A DNA stretch of 64,000 bases. Origin: Thraustochytrium aureum (lineage: Eukaryota). Positions 1-9,471 of this stretch are shown here, one piece after another. The stretch is from assembly GCA_012862495.1 (NCBI GenBank), contig BLSG01000310.1, forward strand, positions 154,592 through 218,591, given 5' to 3'. Below the pieces are notes generated by a model, which saw nothing but the letters and a program-made list of their open reading frames with translations, made no database searches and was not told the DNA's origin. The position numbers were made by a program, and so were the translations under genes. Position 1 is the stretch's first letter. Every line of letters begins with the position of its first letter.

Positions 1-1805
1 AGTGGGAGAAGGCGAGCAATGTGCTCGATGGGGCCGTGGAGAGCGGGTCGGACGGGTTCAAGGCGAACGTGGCGCGGATGCAGGCCGACGTCGACGCGCT
101 GCGCAAGGTGATGGACAAGGTGCGCGCTGGCGGCGGCCCCGACGCGGTCGCCAAGCACGTGGGCCGCGGCAAGCTGCCTGTGCGAGAGCGCATCGACAAG
201 CTGCTGGACCCGGGCTCGCCCTTCATGGAGCTGAGCGCGCTGGCCGGCCACGAGCTGTACGACGGGATCGACGTGCCCGCCGGCGGCGTGGTGACCGGGA
301 TCGGCAACGTGCAAGGCGTGCCCTGCATGATCGTCGCAAACGACGCCACCGTGAAGGGGGGGACCTACTTCCCGATCACGGTGAAAAAGCACCTCCGCGC
401 CCAGGAGATCGCCATGAAGAACAGACTGCCCTGCGTCTACATGGTGGACAGCGGCGGCGCGTTTCTGCCCAAACAGTCGGAGGTGTTCCCGGACAAGGAT
501 CACTTTGGGCGCATTTTCTTCAACCAGGCGCGCATGTCTGCGGCGGGCATCCCTCAGGTCGCTGTAGTCATGGGCTCCTGCACTGCCGGCGGCGCCTATG
601 TGCCTGCGATGAGCGACGAGACGATCATTGTGCGCAACCAAGGCACGATCTTCCTCGGAGGCCCGCCGCTGGTCAAGGCCGCCACGGGCGAGGTCGTCAC
701 CGCCGAGGACCTGGGCGGCGCGGACCTGCATTGCCGCACCTCCGGCGTCGCCGATCACTTGGCAGAAAACGACGACCACGCCATCGCCATCGCGCGCCAG
801 GTGGTCGCAAACCTCAACCTGCACCGCAGGTCTTGCTCCCCCGCACGAATCCGTGGAGCCCGTCTTCGACCCGGCCGAGATGGACGGCATCGTGCCGGCC
901 GACCCGCGCCAGAGCTTTGACATCCGCAAGGTGATCGCCCGCATCGTCGACGGGTCCACCTTCTCCGAGTTCAAGGCGCTGTACGGGACCACACTGGTGA
1001 CTGGGTTTGCTCGCGTGCGCGGCATGCCGGTTGGCATAATCGCCAACAACGGCATCCTCTTCAGCGAGTCGGCGCTCAAGGGGGCGCATTTCATCGAGCT
1101 GTGCTGCCAGCGCGGCATCCCGCTCTTTTCCTGCAGAANNNNNNNNNNNNNNNNNNNNNNNNNNNNNNNNNNNNNNNNNNNNNNNNNNNNNNNNNNNNNN
1201 NNNNNNNNNNNNNNNNNNNNNNNNNNNNNNNNNNNNNNNNNNNNNNNNNNNNNNNNNNNNNNNNNNNNNNNNNNNNNNNNNNNNNNNNNNNNNNNNNNNN
1301 NNNNNNNNNNNNNNNNNNNNNNNNNNNNNNNNNNNNNNNNNNNNNNNNNNNNNNNNNNNNNNNNNNNNNNNNNNNNNNNNNNNNNNNNNNNNNNNNNNTG
1401 TGCCGACGTGCCCAAGATCACCTGCGTCATTGGCAGCAGCTACGGGGCCGGCAACTATGGCATGTGCGGCCGCGCCTACGATCCGCGCTTCCTCTTCATG
1501 TGGCCCAACGCCAAGGTGGCCGTGATGGGCGGCGAGCAGGCCGCCAACGTGCTCGCCCAGGTCGCGCGCGACAACTACGAGCGGGCGGGCAAGGTCATGT
1601 CGCCAGAGGAAGAGGCCAAGATCCGGGACCCGATCCTGCAAAAGTTCGAGCGCGAGTCGCACGCCTCTTTTCCTCCGCCAACCTCTGGGACGACGGAATC
1701 ATCGAGCCCAGCCAGACGCGCAACGTGCTTGCCTACGCGCTGCACGCCGCCACGGCCTTCGAGGACCCGCCGACCTCCACAAAGTTTGGCGTTTTCCGCA
1801 TGTGA
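1..1805 (+). CDS. MCCC2: 3-methylcrotonyl-CoA carboxylase beta (carboxyltransferase) subunit; 5'-partial, two apparent frameshifts (~830, ~1667) and a gap
   Basis: Motifs [92 protein letters not shown] and C-terminal LWDDGII...FGVFRM*. They are spread over ORFs 21..920, 628..1851 and 1101..1805. Confidence 0.95.
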
Positions 1806-2349
1806 GTCGGCTCGGAGAACGCATGGCGCGGATCTGCCTCGGCGCTGGTGACGGACGCATGCGGGCCGCTCGGCCGGCCTTGCGAGCGCCGCCCGTGCTC
1901 TCAAGCCCCCCTCGAGCCAGGGTAGAGAGGGTCTCAGACAACGCGAGCTAGTCGAGGAGGTTGTCGGTGCGTCTGGCCGAGTAGCTTGCTTGCTCCAGAG
2001 ACCGCCCGCGCCCAGCATCTTTCATTTATTCCCGGCCGTCCCATTCTTGCTCCTCCGCCCCCCTCTGCGCCCCACGCGCCCTGCAGCGCGCCAATGCGCC
2101 GGCAGCTGCGCCAGCAGGCAGCATGTACCATGTACTACTTAGTAATGCGTTTGCCGAGCCTTGCCCTCTCGTCACTGGAGGGCCACATGTGACGCGGGCA
2201 TACGGAGATTTGACTGCGATCGGCCACCGCGCAGTCAAGTCGGCTCTCACCTGACCCAATCGATCCCGGGACGAGGCAGTCGCGCTCGCACGGCAGGCTG
2301 CTGGGAGCGACCACCGCTGCTGGGGGCGGTATCGTGCGTAGACAGATCC

Positions 2350-2412
2350 GCGCCTGCGTGCCTGCGTGCCTGCGTGCCTGCGTGCCTGCGTGCGGTCTCG
2401 CGAGGGCGTGCG
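2350..2412. repeat. (GCGTGCCT)n octamer microsatellite
   Basis: About five tandem copies of gcgtgcct, ~300 bp upstream of the ATG at 2714. Confidence 0.85.
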
Positions 2413-2713
2413 TGAGGTCGTGCGCGTTCGCGGTCGGCCCGGCCTGGCTGGTCTTGGCGGCCGAACGAAACTCTCGCCCAGATCGTGCGAGTCGACCGAG
2501 CGCTGCGCCAACTCCTTCAACGCGCTGGCTGGCTGGCTTCTCGCGCTGTCGCAGGTGCGGCGCCCGAGCGAGGTTGGAAGGAAGGCAGCCCGCGGCTGGG
2601 CCTGGTCGCTGCAGGAACAGTAGTGCGACGCGAAGGAGCCCGAAGGCCGCTTGTTGTGCGCGGGTCGCCTGTCGTCACGGTCGGTCGGCTGGGACGCGGG
2701 CCGGCGCGCAAGA

Positions 2714-5326
2714 ATGGCCGGGGATGCATTCTCAAGGTTCAAGACGCAGGTGATGATTTTCTTCTCGGTGACGGTCAAGCGGAAGTTTGACACGAAGACA
2801 CGCGAAGGGCGCGTCCGCCTCGGATATTTTGTCGCCCTTCTCCTCCTCCTCGTAATCGCCGTCGCCTCGTTGTCCGGTTCGGGGTCCGAGACGGAGGTCG
2901 TGATCCGGGGGTCGGGCCGTGGCGGCAGTGGCGGGCGCGCCCTCGTTTTCGATGACGAGGAGGACGACGAGGAGGGTGTTAGCAGCAGCGGCAACAAGGA
3001 CGGTCGCGCCGGGTTTGAGGAAGACGACGACGAGGAGGAGGGCGATGGCGGCGGCGGTGGCGGCGAAGACGATGACGATGATGAGGGGGCCGGTTCCAGC
3101 GGTGGCTCGTCTCTGGACAACGCCCTGAAGCAAGCGCAGCAGTCCCGCCAAACAGAGATGAAAGCAGGGTTTACAAAGTTCTTCGAAGCTTACCAGTACG
3201 AGGAGGCGATCACAGGGTTCATTGGGTCGTACGAGCAAAAGTACTCTGGCCTGGGAATCATCCGCTCCAAGTCGATCGGCGCCACTTACGAGAAGCGCGA
3301 GCTGCGCGCCTACACGATCGGGAAAAGCTCGGCGCGCAAGCACATCGTTGTGCTCGGCTCCGAGCACGGCTGCGAGTGGTCCGTGCCGGTCTACCTGACC
3401 TACTTGATCACCCGCCTGGTGCAGCTCTACGGAATCAACGACGAGGTCACCCAGGTCTTGAACAAGGTGCAAATTCACGTCGTGCCCAACCTCAACCCCG
3501 ACGGAGCCGCTTACACGGTCAAGGGCAAGGGCCACGACGTTCGCCACTATCAGAAGAACCGCGGCCCGGTGCGCAAGCACAGCTCCGTCAAAGGCGTCGA
3601 CCTGCGCGAGGACTGGACGCAGTTCACCCAGCTCGAGACGCGTGCGGTGAAAACTTTCATGGAGGACCTCAAAAAGGGGGGCGGGCTCGCAGCCTTTGCC
3701 AACGTCCAGTGCTGCGGCGGCTCCGTGGAGGCCCCTCGCAACGAAAGCTGCGTCAAGCCCGAGGCTCTGGCCGAGCAAGTCAGCGTCGGCAAATCGATCT
3801 CGCGCGAGATGAACATTGCGCACGGTTACTCGTTCTTCACGCACCTCAAGCCCATCAAGCACAGCAAGATCCACTCGGACGACTACGTAACCCACTGGGT
3901 GCAAAACACGCTCGGCCTCAACCTCGCCTTCACGCTCAGCGCTGCTCCCGCCATGCCCGAGCGGTCCAGCAACAAGAAGCGTGTCACCAAGACGATCATC
4001 AACGAGAAGAAGCTGATCGAGGTGCCCGAGAACGAGCTCCTCGTAGGGTCGCGCGAAATCACCAAGGGAGTCGTCGCGCTAGCCAAACACCTCGCCGAGA
4101 TGAGCGGACGGCACCCGAGCGCGCTCTGCGGCACTTCTGACGAGGGAGAAGAAGAAGAGGAAGGAGAAGAACCCGAACCGGCGGCGGAGGAGGAGGACGA
4201 TGCGCCCGCCAATGCTTCGGCCGATGATGAGGACGAGGATGCTGACGCAGACGACGGCCCGTCGCGCTCGTCCGGCGGCGACGAAGAGGACGAAGATGAG
4301 GACGATGGGGAAGGCAATGCCGCTGCTGGCGGCGACGAGGAAGAGGACGACAACGAGGACAGCGACGAAGGTGGATTTCATCGTTCTTCGCGTCACAAGA
4401 CGGAGAGCGCTGAGGAGGACGAGGAGGACGAGGAGGAGGGCGAAGGCAACGGCTTTGCCCAAGACGCCGAGGACGCCGACGACGAGGAGCCCGAGGGCTC
4501 GGGCGGCAGCGCCCACCAGGGCGCCCTCTCGGATAGCGTCGTTGATATGTCAAAGCGGTTTGCGCGCGGGGCTTCGTCGTTGTCCAAGTCGCGTCAGCGC
4601 TCGCAGTTGAGCGTGGCGAACGAGCTGGGTGAGAACGAGGAGCCTGAACCGTTCGCGGAGGGGAGAAATGACATCGCCAATGGTCTGCGGTTTGCGCGTG
4701 CAGTTCGCGGGGTCAAAGCGCCGCTGGCGGAGAACCTTGACAAGTCGACCCTCGAGGGGACCGGGGAGCACTTTTTGTACTTTGCGTACGGCCCGGACAT
4801 GCTCTACGAGCTGTTGTACTCGACCGGCATCACGAGCGCAGTCAAGGTGGTCAACGCGCAGCTGGACGGGTACGGTTTCGACTACACCTACTACAGCCGC
4901 AAAGTGTGGCGCAGCGGGATCGCCGACGTGTACAAAAAGCGCGGGGGCCACGTCCTTGGCGTGATCTATCGCATCGACAGCAATCAGCGCGACCTTTTGG
5001 ACCGCCACAACTTGGCGGGCTCGGAAGAGAGCCACGTCGCTCCCTTTCCGGTGACGGTGCACGACAAGCTCGGGAACGCATATCCCGCGATCACGTACCG
5101 TGTCCCGCTCAAGATGCCTGGTGAGGACGTCGGGGGCAAGTACCGGCGCTTCAAGCCTTCTCGGCAATATCGCAACTGCATCGTCAAGGGGGCCAAGCAG
5201 CAGCACCTGCCCGAGGAATACATCGAGAAGCGCCTCCGCTCAATCTCGCCGCTCTACTCTGACAAGATCGGCTCTACAACGCACCGCAATGCGGCCATCG
5301 GCACGGTCTGCGATGCGTCGCACTGA
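2714..5326 (+). CDS. Type II membrane protein: M14 zinc-carboxypeptidase-like domain + acidic linker + gamma-glutamylcyclotransferase (GGCT)-like domain
   Basis: Uninterrupted ORF. TM segment LGYFVALLLLLVIAVASL. M14 motifs HGCEW, VVPNLNPDG, KNR, GVDL, ETRAV. GGCT motifs FLYFAYG, GVIYRID, PSRQYRNCIVKGAKQQHLPEEYIEK. Confidence 0.85.
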   Translation: MAGDAFSRFKTQVMIFFSVTVKRKFDTKTREGRVRLGYFVALLLLLVIAVASLSGSGSETEVVIRGSGRGGSGGRALVFDDEEDDEEGVSSSGNKDGRAGFEEDDDEEEGDGGGGGGEDDDDDEGAGSSGGSSLDNALKQAQQSRQTEMKAGFTKFFEAYQYEEAITGFIGSYEQKYSGLGIIRSKSIGATYEKRELRAYTIGKSSARKHIVVLGSEHGCEWSVPVYLTYLITRLVQLYGINDEVTQVLNKVQIHVVPNLNPDGAAYTVKGKGHDVRHYQKNRGPVRKHSSVKGVDLREDWTQFTQLETRAVKTFMEDLKKGGGLAAFANVQCCGGSVEAPRNESCVKPEALAEQVSVGKSISREMNIAHGYSFFTHLKPIKHSKIHSDDYVTHWVQNTLGLNLAFTLSAAPAMPERSSNKKRVTKTIINEKKLIEVPENELLVGSREITKGVVALAKHLAEMSGRHPSALCGTSDEGEEEEEGEEPEPAAEEEDDAPANASADDEDEDADADDGPSRSSGGDEEDEDEDDGEGNAAAGGDEEEDDNEDSDEGGFHRSSRHKTESAEEDEEDEEEGEGNGFAQDAEDADDEEPEGSGGSAHQGALSDSVVDMSKRFARGASSLSKSRQRSQLSVANELGENEEPEPFAEGRNDIANGLRFARAVRGVKAPLAENLDKSTLEGTGEHFLYFAYGPDMLYELLYSTGITSAVKVVNAQLDGYGFDYTYYSRKVWRSGIADVYKKRGGHVLGVIYRIDSNQRDLLDRHNLAGSEESHVAPFPVTVHDKLGNAYPAITYRVPLKMPGEDVGGKYRRFKPSRQYRNCIVKGAKQQHLPEEYIEKRLRSISPLYSDKIGSTTHRNAAIGTVCDASH

Positions 5327-6597
5327 CGCGAGCCGCAGGAGACCAACCAACTCGATTGCTTCCAGCTTCCTTCCTCCTTGTCACTTCCACAGCGCTCCTT
5401 GCCGCTCGTCGCCGGCCTTGTCGCCGACCGCACCCGCTGAGCGCGAGCGCAGTTCGTCGAGTCANCGGGGCTCCGTCCCGCCAAAGCGTCGCGACTGCCC
5501 AAGGCAGCAACGCAGGCGGCGCCAGCGTCTCGTGCGTGCCCTGCCCCCTGCCTTGCCCTGCGCGTCCATTGCCGGAAGCAAAAGTTACCGTTCCAACCTC
5601 CTCGTCGTGTCCCAAAGCCGCTTCCGTTGCGCCTCGGACGCGCCGCGCGAGGGCTGTTGTCGACCTGGCTGGCCAGGGCTGCCCGGGCGCGAGCCGCTCG
5701 CGAGGGCTCGTGCGCGCAGGATGGAGATCGTGGACGCAGAGGCTCCTCGGCTCGGAAATGGACCCNNNNNNNNNNNNNNNNNNNNNNNNNNNNNNNNNNN
5801 NNNNNNNNNNNNNNNNNNNNNNNNNNNNNNNNNNNNNNNNNNNNNNNNNNNNNNNNNNNNNNNNNNNNNNNNNNNNNNNNNNNNNNNNNNNNNNNNNNNN
5901 NNNNNNNNNNNNNNNNNNNNNNNNNNNNNNNNNNNNNNNNNNNNNNNNNNNNNNNNNNNNNNNNNNNNNNNNNNNNNNNNNNNNNNNNNNNNNNNNNNNN
6001 NNNNNNNNNNNNNNNNNNNNNNNNNNNNNNNNNNNNNNNNNNNNNNNNNNNNNNNNNNNNNNNNNNNNNNNNNNNNNNNNNNNNNNNNNNNNNNNNNNNN
6101 NNNNNNNNNNNNNNNNNNNNNNNNNNNNNNNNNNNNNNNNNNNNNNNNNNNNNNNNNNNNNNNNNNNNNNNNNNNNNNNNNNNNNNNNNNNNNNNNNNNN
6201 NNNNNNNNNNNNNNNNNNNNNNNNNNNNNNNNNNNNNNNNNNNNNNNNNNNNNNNNNNNNNNNNNNNNNNNNNNNNNNNNNNNNNNNNNNNNNNNNNNNN
6301 NNNNNNNNNNNNNNNNNNNNNNNNNNNNNNNNNNNNNNNNNNNNNNNNNNNNNNNNNNNNNNNNNNNNNNNNNNNNNNNNNNNNNNNNNNNNNNNNNNNN
6401 NNNNNNNNNNNNNNNNNNNNNNNNNNNNNNNNNNNNNNNNNNNNNNNNNNNNNNNNNNNNNNNNNNNNNNNNNNNNNNNNNNNNNNNNNNNNNNNNNNNN
6501 NNNNNNNNNNNNNNNNNNNNNNNNNNNNNNNNNNNNNNNNNNNNNNNNNNNNNNNNNNNNNNNNNNNNNNNNNNNNNNNNNNNNNNNNNNNNNNNNN

Positions 6598-7386
6598 CGC
6601 CGAGTACGCAAGCGCATCGACGGCGAATTTGGAGGTAAAGTGCGGGTAGCCGAGGTGGTCGTTGAAGATGGTGACGGCGAGGAGGCAGTGCACCGCATGC
6701 GCGAGCATGACGATCGAGCAGATGGTGCAGAGCGCAACGACGCGGCGGAGGATCATGCTACGCGCTGGGAACGCTTGCGTCACGGTCGACTTTGGGCGCA
6801 GCTGCGCAATGACCTTGACGCCAAAGTAGAGCATGCCCGCCATCGCGCCCAGGTATGCCGTTGCGAGCAGGTAGAACACGTTGTTGCGCAACTGGCCATA
6901 GTGGCCGGTCGCGGCGGAGGCCACGGCGATGATCGCAAACACCGCGTAGATCAGATTGTTGGCCAAGAAGAAGGCTGGCCGAAGGGAGGCGTACGAGATG
7001 CCCCAGGTCGCGTAAAAGAGCTGCGCCCAGAAGAGCGTCAGCAACGAAAACGTGCTGAGAAACAAAAGGTCGGGCACGCTGTGCGCCAGACCGACTCCCC
7101 AGCACGCCATGTCTTTGCACGCTCCGTTCGCCTCCCCGTCCAGCGCCATCTGCACCACAATCGCGCAAATCCGCGTCAAGCAGCTCGCGCCAAGCAGCAA
7201 GTGAAAGTACTTGCGCATCTCCCAGCCCGCACTCGAGTTGGCCAGGTCCGGCTCCTCCCGCAGCAGCCTGCGATTCCTCGCTACCTCAACGCCGCACCAC
7301 GCCGTCGCGCCCACAAACCCGGCCAGCACCGGAGCGAGCACGGCGGGGCCAGGCCCGTCCGCGCTGGTCGCGTCCATCGCGTCCAT
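6598..7386 (-). CDS. TOM1/THH1/TOM3 (DUF1084) family multi-pass membrane protein; 3' end lost in gap
   Basis: GWEMRKYFHLL, VPDLLFLSTFSLLTLFWAQLFY and LRPAFFLANNLIY match the plant TOM1/THH1 pattern. Six to seven hydrophobic segments. Confidence 0.8.
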
Positions 7387-8791
7387 CGTCCCCGGAGGCG
7401 AGCCGCGCAGCCAGGACGACGCGCGCGGCGCCCAAAGATGCCCAAATGCGTCCGGCCGCGCACAACCAGAGCCCCCGCGACCCCGACCCACGCCGCCCGG
7501 CGGGTCAGCAGCCTGGGCGAATGACAGACAGGCAGGAATCGCATGCTGCAGACCGCGCCGCGCAGCGTCCTGTCCGACCCGAATTGCGCCTCTTAACCTC
7601 TTCCGGCCGCGACGGGCGACATCGACTGCGCGGTCGGCGATCGATCAGGTCGATGACTGATCCACTGATCGACTGATCGCCACCGGCGCCACCAGGAGGA
7701 CCGCCGCAACGAGGGCAAGGCGCGACGACATGACGGCTGCGGCTGGACGAGGACTACGAACGGTTGGGGTGGGAGGCCGCCAGAAGCTCTGCATCTCCGC
7801 GTCGGGAGAAAGCAGCAAATCGCAGCCGCCAGCGGGTCTTCGAGCTTCAATCCAGGGAGCGCCACCGCAGCATGCCCCCGGCAGCATGCCGCGGCGCAGA
7901 ACGCCAAGTCCTCCATCGAGGACCACGAGCGGCCGGCTCACCAGAAGCTCTGCATCTCCGCGNNNNNNNNNNNNNNNNNNNNNNNNNNNNNNNNNNNNNN
8001 NNNNNNNNNNNNNNNNNNNNNNNNNNNNNNNNNNNNNNNNNNNNNNNNNNNNNNNNNNNNNNNNNNNNNNNNNNNNNNNNNNNNNNNNNNNNNNNNNNNN
8101 NNNNNNNNNNNNNNNNNNNNNNNNNNNNNNNNNNNNNNNNNNNNNNNNNNNNNNNNNNNNNNNNNNNNNNNNNNNNNNNNNNNNNNNNNNNNNNNNNNNN
8201 NNNNNNNNNNNNNNNNNNNNNNNNNNNNNNNNNNNNNNNNNNNNNNNNNNNNNNNNNNNNNNNNNNNNNNNNNNNNNNNNNNNNNNNNNNNNNNNNNNNN
8301 NNNNNNNNNNNNNNNNNNNNNNNNNNNNNNNNNNNNNNNNNNNNNNNNNNNNNNNNNNNNNNNNNNNNNNNNNNNNNNNNNNNNNNNNNNNNNNNNNNNN
8401 NNNNNNNNNNNNNNNNNNNNNNNNNNNNNNNNNNNNNNNNNNNNNNNNNNNNNNNNNNNNNNNNNNNNNNNNNNNNNNNNNNNNNNNNNNNNNNNNNNNN
8501 NNNNNNNNNNNNNNNNNNNAAAAACTGTCCATCCTCTTTGTGAGCAGTCTCTCGCCTCCCCTCACACGAAACCGCCTCTCCTCTCATCGCCTCCCCTCCT
8601 GTCCAGAGCTGCCCCTTAGAGAGGCGCCCTCCCAAACCGCCATCTCCCTCACTCCAAACCGCCCCAAAACCCCGCTGAAAAGGCCAATCTTCCGGCCACT
8701 CCTCACAAACAAATGTGAGGGGAGCGGCTCTTTGCGCGCAGCCTACAGAGGGGAAAAGGGAAAGTAGAGCGCGACGCTGCGCGCTTGCAAC

Positions 8792-8980
8792 AGAGGAGAG
8801 GAGAGGAGAGGAGAGGAGAGGAGGAAAAAGGAAGCAGTGCCGCAGGCGAGCGGCAGACACGCAACGCAGCAGGGCGAGCAGAGCAGCGCGCAGGCGAGCA
8901 GAGCAGCGCGCAGGCGAGCAGGCGAGCAGGCGAGCAGGCGTGCGGGCGTGCGGGCGTGCGGGCGTGCGGGCGTGCGGGCG
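8792..8980. repeat. Compound simple repeats (GAGAG)n, (CAGGCGAG)n, (GCGTGCGG)n
   Basis: Directly visible tandem arrays upstream of the CX9C ORF and SIN3. Confidence 0.85.
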
Positions 8981-9143
8981 GTAAGGGTGGTCTTGCGCGC
9001 GCGCGGCGGGAAGGGCCTCCCGGCGCCGTACGGTTGCTGTTGCAGGCGGTGGTGCTCGGCGGTAGTTGGACGCGGAGGCCGGAGCGCCGCGGGCCGGGGG
9101 CAGGGTCGCGCTCTCTTGCGAGAGGGCGGTAGAGGCAGGCAAG

Positions 9144-9452
9144 ACGGCGGGGAACGGCGGAGAGGCGGCCCAGCGCTTGCCAGATTTTTTCCCGCTGGTG
9201 GACAAGGGCAAGCGCTGCAAGGGGGTGGCAGAACTGCTGTTCGGCTGCTTTGACGAGCACGGCAAGCAGCCCGAAGGCCAGCGCGACCCACACGCAGGCG
9301 AGGCCGTCTTCGAAAAGTGCCAGAAGCAGCTGGCAGCGTACAGCCAGTGCATGGTCAAGAACAAGGCGGACACGGACCTTCGACTGATCCGCGCACCGCA
9401 GGCCTACCTGGACCAGCTCAGCGGCAGCGAGAGCCGCAGCGACAAGGCCTAA
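9144..9452 (+). CDS. Small twin-CX9C (CHCH-like) protein, probably mitochondrial intermembrane space; start codon uncertain (in-frame ACG at 9144)
   Basis: C-KGVAELLFG-C and C-QKQLAAYSQ-C. Codon usage resembles neighbouring genes. Stop TAA at 9450-9452. No in-frame ATG upstream of the first Cys; in-frame TAG at 9063. Confidence 0.7.
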   Translation, partial: TAGNGGEAAQRLPDFFPLVDKGKRCKGVAELLFGCFDEHGKQPEGQRDPHAGEAVFEKCQKQLAAYSQCMVKNKADTDLRLIRAPQAYLDQLSGSESRSDKA

Positions 9453-9471
9453 GGAGCGCCGCGCAGCCAGC

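Noticed and set aside
5400..5765. Possible coding fragment (MEIVDAEAPRLGNGP on plus, or TOM1 C-terminus on minus)
   Set aside because: It is too short and truncated by an ~830-nt gap, so strand and frame cannot be determined.
7780..7962. 22-bp direct repeat ccagaagctctgcatctccgcg (7780 and 7941) and ORFs 7730.. / 7593..7916
   Set aside because: The second copy abuts a gap and may be an assembly effect. No frame gives a recognisable protein.
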